A DNA stretch of 64,000 nt, from positions 64,001-128,000 of the forward strand of contig CAVWFS010000013.1 of NCBI GenBank assembly GCA_963754315.1, written 5' to 3'. A program made the position numbers and the translations under genes. Origin of the DNA: an uncultured Candidatus Rokubacteria bacterium (GTDB lineage: Bacteria; Methylomirabilota; Methylomirabilia; Rokubacteriales; CSP1-6). The notes beneath the pieces are model-generated. The model ran no database searches. It was not told the DNA's origin and was given only the letters and a program-made list of their open reading frames with translations. Shown here in pieces: positions 21,081 through 30,637 of this stretch; within the stretch, counting starts at the first letter, position 1; the number at the start of each line of letters is the position of its first letter.

Positions 21081-21306
21081 GCGCGCCGGCCGAAATTTCC
21101 GCTTGACACCTTTTCATATGTGCAGTGGTCATCGGTTGCCGGTGCGGTCGGAATGCCGCTCCACTGCGCCGCAGAGCCTGGCCATGGCCACGTCGGCGCC
21201 GTCCCCGCAAAAATCGCGGATCGTCGCCCGATCGCGCACGAGCGTGGCGCGCAGGGGCCGGCAAAACACGGGTATAGAGTCGCTCCAGCGGAAGGGGGAC
21301 TCGCCC

Positions 21307-22651
21307 ATGGACATCTGCACGCTCGAGCTTTCCGCCCCGGAAGCGTCCACTGCCGACATGCTGGCTCCCCAGGGCCCCAGTCCCGATCTGGAGCGCCTCG
21401 GCGACGAGATCGCCGAGCTGGCGGCCCACCTCGACGCCGCCACCGCTCGCCTGCTCGACCTCATCCGCGAGTTCGATGCCCGGGGCGGCTGGAACAATGG
21501 CTTCCCCTCCTGCGCCGCCTGGCTGACCTGGCGCGTCGGGCTCGCCGCGGGCGCCGCCCGCGAGCACGTGCGGGTGGCGCGCGCGCTGGGCGCGCTGCCC
21601 CTGCTGGCCAGCGCCCTCGCCCGGGGCGAGCTGTCGTACTCGAAGGTCCGCGAGCTGACGCGCGTGGCGACTCCCGAGACCGAGGAGCGGCTGCTCGGCG
21701 TGGGCCGGGCCGGCACGACCGAGCACGTGGCGCGGATCGTGCGCGGCTGGCGCCGGGTGGACCGGCAGGCCGAGGCGCGAGAGGAAGCCCTGCGGCACGC
21801 GAGCCGGGCGCCTACACGTGTATCCGGACAGCGACGGCACGGTGCGGATCAAGGGCCGGCTGACCGCCGAGGTGGGCGCCCTGCTCATGCAGGCGCTGGC
21901 CGCCGCCCGGGAGACGCTCTACCAGCAGGGACGGAGGAGCGACCCGGACGCCGCCCCGCCGACGATGGAGCAGCAGCAGGCGGACGCCCTCGCCCTGCTG
22001 GCGGAGACCGCCCTCCACCAGGGCCTTGACCCCGGCAACTCCGGCGAGCGCTACCAGGTCGTGGTCCACGTCGATGCCGAGGTCCTGGCGGACGCCGATG
22101 CGCCCGGCCAGTCGGCCCTCGAGGACGGCGCCCGCGTTCCAGCTGGAACGTCCCAGCGCCTGGCCTGCGACGCGAGTCGGGTGGTCATGCGTCACGGCCC
22201 GGACGGCCGCGTGGTGGAGGTCGATACGAGGACCCGGACGATTCCGCCGGCGATCCGGCGGGCGCTCCACCATCGCGACCGCGGGTGCCGCTTCCCGGGC
22301 TGCGGAGTGCGGTTCGGCCAGGGCCATCACATCCGCCACTGGGCCCAGGGCGGCCCCACAACCCTGTCGAACCTCGCCATGCTCTGCCGCCGGCACCACC
22401 GCGCGGTTCACGAGGAGGGGTACGAGGTGGAGCGAAAGCTGGACGGCACCCTCCGGTTCCGCCGCCCGGACGGTCGGCTCATGCCCGAGGTGCCGCCGCC
22501 TCCCGAGGTGCCGGAGAATCCCGTGAAGGCGCTCCGGGCGCGGCACGAAGCAGGCGGGCTCGATCTCCACGCACGGACGGCGATGCCACTCTGGGCGGGC
22601 GAGCGGCTGGACGTCGGCTGGGCCATCGACGTCCTGCACCCAGAGCGTTGA
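21307..22651 (+). CDS. DUF222 domain HNH endonuclease (REP13E12-like), frameshift at ~21810
   Basis: LGDEIAELAAHL..GELSYSKVRELTRVATPE; RLACDA; RDRGCRFPGC..HHIRHWAQGGPTTLSNLAMLCRRHHRAVHE. Confidence 0.88.
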
Positions 22652-22800
22652 GTCCCTTCGGCATCAGGAGGCGAAGCGCCGGAACATCCCGACCGCCGAG
22701 TACCAGTCCGTCATCCAGAAGGAGGCCGAGCAGCCGCTGCGTGTCGCCTACGAGCGGCGCAACCGCGACCTCGACCCGCAGTTCTGGAGCGACCTCGTCG
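22644..22800 (+). pseudogene. Type III R-M DNA methyltransferase (Mod) N-terminal remnant
   Basis: Reads SVESLRHQEAKRRNIPTAEYQSVIQKEAEQPLRVAYERRNRDLDPQFWSDLV; no start codon, then degenerates. Confidence 0.65.
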
Positions 22801-23081
22801 GGAGCCGCTCCAACATGCGCGATGAAGAGTGGTGCCTATTGACGCCCTTTATAATCAAGAGGTCCGGAAATGCTGGCCAGAGCTTTGACTCTATTGGTGC
22901 AATAGGATTGGTGTCAGCCTAGCGGATCGGATCGATGCCGCTCACGGCGAGGCCGTCCTGGATGGCAAGCTCGCCGGACCCGGCGGCGTCGACCTGCTGC
23001 CGAGCTTCCAGGCTCGCAAAATCGTAACTGCCTCAACCGGGGAGTTATGTCCTTCCGCCGGGTCCAAAGACGAGGTGCCCA

Positions 23082-23690
23082 ATGAGCCAGTTCGAGTGGC
23101 TTGAGACAAGGACGGAGTACCGAGAGGTCCGTAGAGCAGCCCATGGCGACGAGCTGCGCTGGATCGTCAACCGCGAGACGATTCTCAACCGGGCCACCGG
23201 GCGAGCCGTGACGCGCTCGATCGTCCGCCACCCGGGCGTGTGCGTCATCGTGCCGTTCCTCGAAGCCGATCGGATCGTTCTCTTGCGGCAGTACCGCGAG
23301 AGCCTCGACAGCGATCTCTGGGAGCTGCCGGCGGGCACGCTGGCCGGCCGGGAGGAGCGCGGCCGCGTGGTTCCGACGGAAACGCCGAACGCGTGCGCAG
23401 TCCGAGAACTGCGCGAGGAGACCGGCTACGACGCGCAGCGGTGGGACAAGGTGGCTGAGCTCCCGGTCATGCCGGGCAGCAACGAGCAGATCATCCACCT
23501 CTTCTTCGCGCATGGTCTGACACTCCGCGGGCAGGCCCTGGAAGAGGGCGAGACGATCTCAGAAGTACGCGCCTTCGGCGGTGCTGAGCTGGAGGGGATG
23601 ATCAAGCGGAGCGAGATCCGCGACACCAAGACGCTGGTTGGCCTCCTGCTCGCGCTTGGGCGGCGCCCTTCGGGCGTGCGCCTGGCCTGA
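23082..23690 (+). CDS. NUDIX hydrolase (ADP-ribose pyrophosphatase-like)
   Basis: VRHPG, RQYR..WELPAG, CAVRELREETG, IRDTKT. Confidence 0.9.
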   Translation: MSQFEWLETRTEYREVRRAAHGDELRWIVNRETILNRATGRAVTRSIVRHPGVCVIVPFLEADRIVLLRQYRESLDSDLWELPAGTLAGREERGRVVPTETPNACAVRELREETGYDAQRWDKVAELPVMPGSNEQIIHLFFAHGLTLRGQALEEGETISEVRAFGGAELEGMIKRSEIRDTKTLVGLLLALGRRPSGVRLA

Positions 23691-23802
23691 AACGCGTTGG
23701 GAGAGTCACGGCCCGAACAAGCATCGTCACTTGGTGAATGGGTCGACTGCTTCTACCATTGCCTAACCAGGGCTGGTGAGGAGCTGACGGCGGAGGACGA
23801 TC

Positions 23803-25413
23803 ATGAGTGACATTTCCGTACTGAGCCCGGTGGCAATCAACCAGACCAAGGCGCAGGCGGTGGCGCCGCGTCTCCCGTCGTTGGATCGTGTCACCCTGGG
23901 AATCCTCAACAACAGCAAGCCCAACTCTTTGGCGCTCCAGGAGCTGGTCGCGGAGCGGCTGGGTCAGCGATATACGCTGGCGGCCGTCGTCACCAAGCAG
24001 AAACCCAGCGCCGCCGTGGGCGCCGAGGAGCTCGACGTCTACGCCAACGAGGTCGGCGCCGTCATCACGGCCATCGGTGACTGAGGGTCGTGCACGTCGT
24101 GGTGTATCCACGACTCGGTGGAGCTCGAGAAGAAGGGCATCCCCACGGTGACCATCTGTACCGACGCCTTCGAGGGGCTGGCCAGGGAAGAGGCGAAGAA
24201 CCTCGGCATGCCGGATCTCCCCTTGGTCATCATCAAGCATCCGATCGGTGGCGAACCGCCTGAGGTCATTCGGCAACGGGCGGAAGAGGCGGCGCCGCAG
24301 GTACTGCGGGCGCTGACCGATGGGCTCGAGGCTCAGACGGTCGCCAACCCCTCGGGGGAGGAAGCGAGCGCGCGACGGCTCACCTTCGCCAGCGACGACG
24401 AGGTGCTCGAGGCGTATCACGCGCGCCGCTGGACCGATGGCCTGCCGTTTGTGCTGCCGACCGCCAAGCGGGTGGACGCGATGATCGCGGGCTCGGGTCG
24501 GGACGGCGACGAGGTCATCGCCGTGGTACCGCCGCGCTGGGCGGAGGCGACAGTGGAGAGCATCGCGATCAACGCGGTGATGGCGGGATGTCTGCCGACG
24601 CACATGCCGCTCGTGATCGCCGCCCTGCAGGCGGCCTGCGATCCCGAGTTTGGCCTCTACAGCGTCCAGGCCACCACCCACCCGTGCGCGGTGTTGATGC
24701 TGGTCTCGGGCCCCATCGTCGGCGAGCTCGGGCTGAACTTCGCCCATGGCGCCCTGGGTCCGGGCTTTCGCGGGAACGCGGCCGCCGGCCGGGCGATGCG
24801 GCTCGTCCTGATGAACGTGGGCGGTGGCATCCCGGGCCACGGCGACCAGGCCACCCACGGGTCGCCCGCGAAGTTCAGCTACTGCGTCGCCGAGAACGAG
24901 GGGGCAACACCCTGGGAGCCGTTTCGGGTGACCCGCGGATTCGGGCTCGTTGACAGCACGGTCACCGTGTTCTCCGGCGAGGGCCCGCACAACATCAACG
25001 ACCACGTGTGCACCTCGGCGGCGACCACCCTCACCGTGGTGGCCGACACCATGACGACGGTCGGCCACAACAACGCTGGCTCGGTGATCCGAGGTGACGT
25101 GCTGGTCGTCTTCGGCCCCGAGCACGCGCATACGATCGCGGCTGGCGGCTTCTCCAAGCGCGACGTCCAGCGCTTCCTCTTCGAGCACGCCCGCAACAAG
25201 GTGGGCATCCTGAAGCTCCGCGCCATGTACAAGGCGGGCAACTGGCCAGACTGGGTGGACCGTGATGACGACGAGGCGCTCTGTCCCATCGTCGGCGCGC
25301 CGGAGGACATCCACATCGTCGTCACCGGAGGCCCGGGCAAACACTCCGCCTTCATCCCGACCTTCGGCACTTCAAAGTCGGTCACCCGCCGCATCGAGCC
25401 GAGCAGGCGCTGA
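23803..25413 (+). CDS. UGSC-family selenoprotein fused to a ~340-aa partner domain; Sec at TGA 24082-24084
   Basis: The 93-aa and 431-aa ORFs are in the same frame, separated only by TGA: AIGD-U-GSCTSWCIHDSVELEKKGIPTV; SECIS-like hairpin follows; GGAGG RBS at start. Confidence 0.88.
24096..24114 (+). promoter_or_regulatory. Bacterial SECIS-like hairpin
   Basis: GTCGTGG-TGTAT-CCACGAC: perfect 7-bp stem, G at loop position 2, stem begins 11 nt after UGA. Confidence 0.78.
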
Positions 25414-25444
25414 CATCGAGCCGAGCAGGCGCTGACATCGAGCC
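25392..25444 (+). repeat. 22-nt tandem repeat, about 2.4 copies
   Basis: CATCGAGCCGAGCAGGCGCTGA x2 plus CATCGAGCC, spanning the selenoprotein stop codon. Confidence 0.9.
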
Positions 25445-25478
25445 CGCCACCATATATTAAGGAGGAGAGGAACAATCC

Positions 25479-25817
25479 ATGGGCATGACTCGCCTGTACA
25501 CGGGCTCGGATGGTCGGTCACACCTGGAAGACGTGGATCCTGCCGCGCATCCGAACCTGACAACCTTGCACGGCGCCAAGGGTGTCGTCTTCCGGGCCAC
25601 CGAGCCAGGGCATTTTCACGACTGGCACAATGCGCCCCGCCGGCAGTACGTCATCACCCTCGAAGGCGAGGTGGAGATCGGCCTCGGCGATGGCACCGTG
25701 CGTCGGTTTGGCCCGGGACACGTGACCTTGGCGGAAGACCTGACAGGCCAGGGCCACACGACACGCGTGGTGGGCAACAAGCGCCGACTCACGGCGACCA
25801 TTCATCTCGCCGACTGA
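25479..25817 (+). CDS. Cupin-fold protein
   Basis: TRLYTGSDGRSH, DWHNAPRRQYVITLEGEVE, EDLTGQGH; strong RBS. Confidence 0.82.
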   Translation: MGMTRLYTGSDGRSHLEDVDPAAHPNLTTLHGAKGVVFRATEPGHFHDWHNAPRRQYVITLEGEVEIGLGDGTVRRFGPGHVTLAEDLTGQGHTTRVVGNKRRLTATIHLAD

Positions 25818-25936
25818 CGCCGGGCGCCGGCCAGCGTCGTAGTGATAGGATCCTGTCCGTAGGAGGCGTCTGCTGCAACGTCAAGCGCGCCAACGAGACG
25901 CTCTTCTCCGATGTCGAGGATGGGAGGGACAACAGC

Positions 25937-26401
25937 ATGAGCGCGACAAAGGGCATTGTCGTTCCCGCCGGCGGCGGGCAGCATCTCGACATGAATGCGC
26001 CCGGCCGCTTCGCCGCCCTGAAGCTCCTCGGCCACGAGACCAACAAGAGCATCATGCTGTTCGAGGAAACCGTGCCCGTCGGCACCAAGAGCCTCTTTCA
26101 TTTACACCACGACAGCGACGAGGTGGCCTGGGTGCTCGCCGGCGAGATCACTTTCAAGATCGGTGACGAGATCAGCGTCGGCGGGCCAGGCACCTGCGCG
26201 TTCTTCCCGCGCAATGTCCCCCATGCGTGGAAGAGCACCGGCCGCGAGACCGGCCGCGTCTTGTTTCTCTACACGCCGGCCGCCGCCGGCGGCTACCTCG
26301 AGGACCTCTCGAGGCGCCCCGGCGGCCCGCTCAGCGACGACGAGCGCAACGAACTCAATGCGCGCCACCACTGGGAGGTCCTCGGCCCAAACCCGCTCTG
26401 A
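25937..26401 (+). CDS. Cupin domain protein (quercetin dioxygenase-like)
   Basis: HLHHDSDE..VLAGE, FPRNVPHAW. Confidence 0.85.
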   Translation: MSATKGIVVPAGGGQHLDMNAPGRFAALKLLGHETNKSIMLFEETVPVGTKSLFHLHHDSDEVAWVLAGEITFKIGDEISVGGPGTCAFFPRNVPHAWKSTGRETGRVLFLYTPAAAGGYLEDLSRRPGGPLSDDERNELNARHHWEVLGPNPL

Positions 26402-26427
26402 GCCTCGGCAATGGTTGAGTCGCCGCG

Positions 26428-27408
26428 ATGACGCCGGGCCCGCTCCGGCTCGCGCTGCTCCTGATGGCCGCCGGGCTTCTGTCCCTTCCGCTAATGGCGC
26501 CGGCTCAGCCGCCGGCGAAAGTAGCGCGCGTCGGCTATATGGCGCCGCCCGCGGGGCCAATCCACGTGGAGGAGGCGTTCCTGCAGGGACTACGTGAGCA
26601 GGGTTGGATCGAGGGGCGCAACATGACGATCGAGTGGCGATTCGCCGCCGGCCAGGACGATCGATTCGCGGGCTTCGCGACTGACCTCATCCGCCAGGGC
26701 GTCGACGTGATTGTCACCGGGGGCAACGCCGCGACACGGGCCGCCAAAGAAGCCACGGCAACGATTCCCATCGTGATGGTGGGTGTGGGCAGTGCCGTCG
26801 AAGCGGGCTTCGTCGCCAGTCTCGCCCGACCAGGCGGCAACATCACGGGGATGTCGCTCGCTGGCCTCAACAGCAAACGACTCGAGCTGCTGAAGGAGGC
26901 CGTGCCAAAGGCGTCTCGAATTGCCCTCCTCAGAACGTCCGGTCGACTGTCCGATCAAGCCGTCCGCGTGACGCAGGAGGCCGCGAGGGTGTTGCGCGTC
27001 AGGCTCTTTGTCTACGAGGTGGAGAGCAGGGCCGATCTGGACGGCGCGTTCGCGGCGATGGCAAAGGACTCCGTGGAGGCGTTGCTCACCCAGGGAGCCC
27101 CGATGTTCCTCGTGGAGCGGTCACGGATCGCCGCGCTCGCCTTGAAGTACCGCCTACCCACGATCAGTCACACGAAAGAGTTCGTCGACGCTGGAGGCCT
27201 ACTGGGTTTTGGCGCCGATGTCCCGGAGTCCGCGCGGCGCGCGGCGTTCTATGTCGACCGGATCCTCAAAGGCACTCCTCCCGGCAACCTGCCCGTCGAG
27301 GAGCCCACGAAGTTCGAACTGGCGGTCAATCTGGGGACAGCCAAGACGCTCGGCCTTGCCATCCCGCCCTCCGTCCTGCTGCGTGCGCAGCACGTGGTGG
27401 GCCCTTGA
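26428..27408 (+). CDS. ABC transporter substrate-binding protein (ABC_sub_bind type)
   Basis: ASLARPGGNITG, YVDRILKG.PPGNLPVEEPTKFELAVNL. Confidence 0.9.
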   Translation: MTPGPLRLALLLMAAGLLSLPLMAPAQPPAKVARVGYMAPPAGPIHVEEAFLQGLREQGWIEGRNMTIEWRFAAGQDDRFAGFATDLIRQGVDVIVTGGNAATRAAKEATATIPIVMVGVGSAVEAGFVASLARPGGNITGMSLAGLNSKRLELLKEAVPKASRIALLRTSGRLSDQAVRVTQEAARVLRVRLFVYEVESRADLDGAFAAMAKDSVEALLTQGAPMFLVERSRIAALALKYRLPTISHTKEFVDAGGLLGFGADVPESARRAAFYVDRILKGTPPGNLPVEEPTKFELAVNLGTAKTLGLAIPPSVLLRAQHVVGP

Positions 27409-27433
27409 CCCTTGCGCACCCCGCCCATAGAAT
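27405..27433 (+). promoter_or_regulatory. Sigma70-type promoter of the Liv-like operon
   Basis: TTGACC-17 nt-TAGAAT, about 40 nt upstream of ATG 27473. Confidence 0.65.
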
Positions 27434-27472
27434 CCGCGGCAACCCCATCGGTGCGTCGAAAAGGAGTAGTTC

Positions 27473-28735
27473 ATGATGGCATTACCCCTCCTGCTCTCCG
27501 TCGCGATGGTTCTTGGAGTGTTCGTGATGGCGGTGGCGGCCCAGCCCAAGGAGATCGTCATCGGCGTGATCTATCCCCTGTCGGGACCGGCCGCCCTCAC
27601 CGGGCTCGAGAACAAGGCGGTGAACGAGATCGCCCGCGACATCGCCAACGGCGACGTCGACGTGGCGCTGCCCTTCTACCAGCGCCTCAAGGGCATGCCC
27701 GGGCTCAAGGGCGCCAAGGTCCGCATGATCTTCGCCGATCACCAGGGCAAGCCGGAAGTCGGCCAGGCCGAGGCCGAGCGGCTGATCACCCAGGAGAAAG
27801 TCCACGCGCTCTACGGGTCGTGGCACTCCTCGGTCACCGCCACCGTGAGCCAGGTGGCCGAGCGCTATGGCATCCCGCACGTCAACGGCCAGTCGTCCTC
27901 CCCTGGCCTGACCAAGCGCGGCTTCAAGTGGTTCTTCCGCACCTCGCCCCACGACGAGCACTTCACCCAGACGATGTTCGACTTCTTCCGCGACTTCCAG
28001 AAGAAGAAGGGGATCACCCTCAAGACGCTCGGCATCACCTACGAGGACACGCTGTTCGGCTCCGACAGCGGCAAGGTGATGCGGGAGCTGGCCAAGAAGT
28101 ACAACTACGAGGTCGTGGTCGACATGCAGTATCGGGCCCGGGCCACCTCGCTCCAACCCGAGATCCAGCGGCTGAAGGCGGCCAACCCCGACGTCTGGAT
28201 GCCGACGTCCTACCACACGGACGCGATCCTGTTCGTGCGCCAGAGCAAGGAGCTCGACTACAACCCGAAGATGATCATGGCCCAGAACGCCGGGCACCTG
28301 GCACCCGACTTCCTCAATGCGGTCGGCAAGGAGGCGGAGGGCACGATGTCGCGGGCGCCCTTCAACGTCGATCTCGTCGACAAGCGGCCGGCTGCCAAAG
28401 CGTTGGCAGCCCTTTACAAGCAGCGCGCCGGCAAGGATTTCTACGACAACCCCGCCCGCTCGGTCACGGGCATGTTCACCCTGCTCGATGCCATCAACCG
28501 AGCGGGCTCGACCGACCCGGAAGCGATTCGCAAGGCGCTGGTGGCCACCAACATTCCCGGCGATCAGCTGGTCATGACGTGGGATGGCATCAAGTTCGAC
28601 GAGACGGGCCAGAACATCCACGTCAAGGGCATCATCATCCAGCTCCAGAACCTCAAGTGGCTCACCGTGTATCCCTTCGACATCGCCACCACCGACGTGC
28701 TCTACCCGATCCCGGCCTGGAAGGACCGCAAGTAG
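27473..28735 (+). CDS. Branched-chain amino acid (HAAT) ABC substrate-binding protein
   Basis: Signal peptide, IGVIYPLSG, ADHQGKPE..AERLITQEKV. Confidence 0.9.
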   Translation: MMALPLLLSVAMVLGVFVMAVAAQPKEIVIGVIYPLSGPAALTGLENKAVNEIARDIANGDVDVALPFYQRLKGMPGLKGAKVRMIFADHQGKPEVGQAEAERLITQEKVHALYGSWHSSVTATVSQVAERYGIPHVNGQSSSPGLTKRGFKWFFRTSPHDEHFTQTMFDFFRDFQKKKGITLKTLGITYEDTLFGSDSGKVMRELAKKYNYEVVVDMQYRARATSLQPEIQRLKAANPDVWMPTSYHTDAILFVRQSKELDYNPKMIMAQNAGHLAPDFLNAVGKEAEGTMSRAPFNVDLVDKRPAAKALAALYKQRAGKDFYDNPARSVTGMFTLLDAINRAGSTDPEAIRKALVATNIPGDQLVMTWDGIKFDETGQNIHVKGIIIQLQNLKWLTVYPFDIATTDVLYPIPAWKDRK

Positions 28736-28736
28736 C

Positions 28737-29603
28737 CTGACCGCCGAGATCTTCCTGCAAGCGGCCATCGGGGGCGTGCTCATGGGGTTCGTGTACGCCC
28801 TCGTGGCCGCCGGCCTCTCGCTCATCTTCGGGCTGATGGAGCTCGTCAACTTCGCCCACGGCGAGTTCCTGATGCTCGCCATGTACGTCGCCTTCTTCGC
28901 GTGGTCGCTGGGCCGGCTCGATCCCATCGTCGGCGCCCCCGTGGCGGCCATCGCGCTCGGCGGCATCGGGTGGCTGACGTATCACGGCCTCATCCGCCGC
29001 GTCCTGGCCGCCCCCATGCTCGCTCAGATTTTTGCCACCTTCGGGCTCGGCGTCTTCTTGCGCAGCAGTGCCCAGTTCGCGTTTGGCGCCGATTTCCTGA
29101 CGATCAAGGACCCGTGGCTCGCCGGCCGGGTGTCGCTCGGCGGGCTGTTCATCGGGCTGCCTCAGATCGTCGCCAGCCTGGCCGCCCTCGGCACGTTCCT
29201 GGGTCTCCATCTCTTCCTGTCGCGCTCGGAGACCGGCCTGGCGTTGAGCGCGACGGCCCAGGACCGCCAGGCCGCGTCGCTCATGGGCATCGATACGCAG
29301 CGGATGTTCGCTCTCGGCTGGGTCATCGGCGGCGTCTGCGTCGGCGTGGCCGGCGCCCTGCTCGCGATGTTCTTCTACATCTACCCCGACGTCGGGGGCC
29401 CGTTCGCGTTGCTCGCGTACGTCACGGTGGCGCTCGGCGGCTTCGGCAACGTGCCGGGCACCCTCGCGGCCGGCATCGTGGTGGGGCTGGTCGAGGCGCT
29501 GGCCGGTCTGTTGATCCCGCCCGCGTTCAAGTACTCGGTGGTGTTCGTGCTCTACCTGGTGGTCGTTCTCTGGCGGCCCCAGGGGCTCTTCGGGCGCTTT
29601 TGA
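28737..29603 (+). CDS. HAAT ABC permease (LivH-like); possible CTG start
   Basis: GLSLIFGLMELVNFAHGEF, ALGGFGNV, RPQGLFG. Confidence 0.88.
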   Translation: MTAEIFLQAAIGGVLMGFVYALVAAGLSLIFGLMELVNFAHGEFLMLAMYVAFFAWSLGRLDPIVGAPVAAIALGGIGWLTYHGLIRRVLAAPMLAQIFATFGLGVFLRSSAQFAFGADFLTIKDPWLAGRVSLGGLFIGLPQIVASLAALGTFLGLHLFLSRSETGLALSATAQDRQAASLMGIDTQRMFALGWVIGGVCVGVAGALLAMFFYIYPDVGGPFALLAYVTVALGGFGNVPGTLAAGIVVGLVEALAGLLIPPAFKYSVVFVLYLVVVLWRPQGLFGRF

Positions 29604-30586
29604 GGCGGGTTTTCGCGCTTGTCCTGCTCCTGGTCGTTCTCCTCTTCCCGCTGATCTTCGTCCGGCCCTTCCCGCGCCACATCATGATCATGATCTTCCT
29701 CTACGGATCGCTGGCCACGGCGTGGAACATCCTGGCCGGCTACTGCGGCCAGATCTCTCTCGGCCACGCCGTTTACTTCGGCATCGGCGCTTACACTTCG
29801 ACCTTGCTCGTGAGGGACGCCGCGCTCACGCCCTGGCTCGGCATGCTGGCCGGCGCCGCCCTGGCCGTGGTCGTCTCGCAGGCCATTGGTTATCCGGTCT
29901 TCCGGCTCCGCGGCCACTACTTTGCCATCGCCACCATCGGGTTCGGCGAGATCGTGCAGACCATCGTGCTCAACTGGGACTGGATCGGCGGGGCGCGCGG
30001 CCTCTTCGTGCCGATCAAGCGGCCCGACAGCCTGCTCAACTTCCAGTTTCACGAGTCAAAGGCCGTCTATTACTACATCGCGCTCGGGCTCCTGGCGCTG
30101 GCGCTCGGAGCGACCCGGTGGATCGAGCGGTCGCGCCGCGGCTACTACTTCCGCGCCATCAAGGAGGACCAGGACGCCGCGGCCAGTCTTGGTGTGCAGG
30201 TCGCGCATGAGAAGCAGGCAGCCATGGCGGTGTCGGCGGCCCTGACCGCGCTGGGCGGGACGTTCTGGGCGCAGTACGTGCTCTTCATCGATCCGGAGTC
30301 GGTCTTCCCGCTCTCGCTCTCGATCCTCATCTGCCTGGTGGCGGTGATGGGCGGCGTGGGGAGCCTGTGGGGGCCGCTGCTGGGCGCCGCCGTGCTGGTG
30401 CCGCTCTCCGAAGGGACGCGCGTGCTGCTCGGGGGGACGGGCAAAGCGCTCGACCTCGTCATCTACGGCGCGCTCATCATGCTGATCGCGGTGTTTCAGC
30501 CGGCCGGGTTGATCGGGCTGGTGCGCCAGCTGGCGGCCCGGCCATCCTTCGCGAGCGCCCGCGCCCGGCGGGAGTCGGCGGCGTAA
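29600..30586 (+). CDS. HAAT ABC permease (LivM-like)
   Basis: WNILAGYCGQISLGHAVYFGIGAY, RLRGHYFAIAT; TTG start overlapping the previous stop. Confidence 0.9.
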   Translation: MRRVFALVLLLVVLLFPLIFVRPFPRHIMIMIFLYGSLATAWNILAGYCGQISLGHAVYFGIGAYTSTLLVRDAALTPWLGMLAGAALAVVVSQAIGYPVFRLRGHYFAIATIGFGEIVQTIVLNWDWIGGARGLFVPIKRPDSLLNFQFHESKAVYYYIALGLLALALGATRWIERSRRGYYFRAIKEDQDAAASLGVQVAHEKQAAMAVSAALTALGGTFWAQYVLFIDPESVFPLSLSILICLVAVMGGVGSLWGPLLGAAVLVPLSEGTRVLLGGTGKALDLVIYGALIMLIAVFQPAGLIGLVRQLAARPSFASARARRESAA

Positions 30587-30637
30587 GCGTGAGGGAGCCG
30601 GCGGCGTGAGCCTGCTGAGACTGCGGGAGTCGGACGC

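Noticed and set aside
22860..23081. Possible tRNA/att site next to the HNH-R-M patch
   Set aside because: No cloverleaf, and no flanking direct repeat could be identified
23803..24084. 93-aa ORF and 431-aa ORF (24118) as separate genes
   Set aside because: Same frame, a single TGA within a UGSC motif with a SECIS-like hairpin, and no RBS for the second ORF
25392..25444. Possible mini-CRISPR array
   Set aside because: The repeats are contiguous with no spacers, and there are no cas genes
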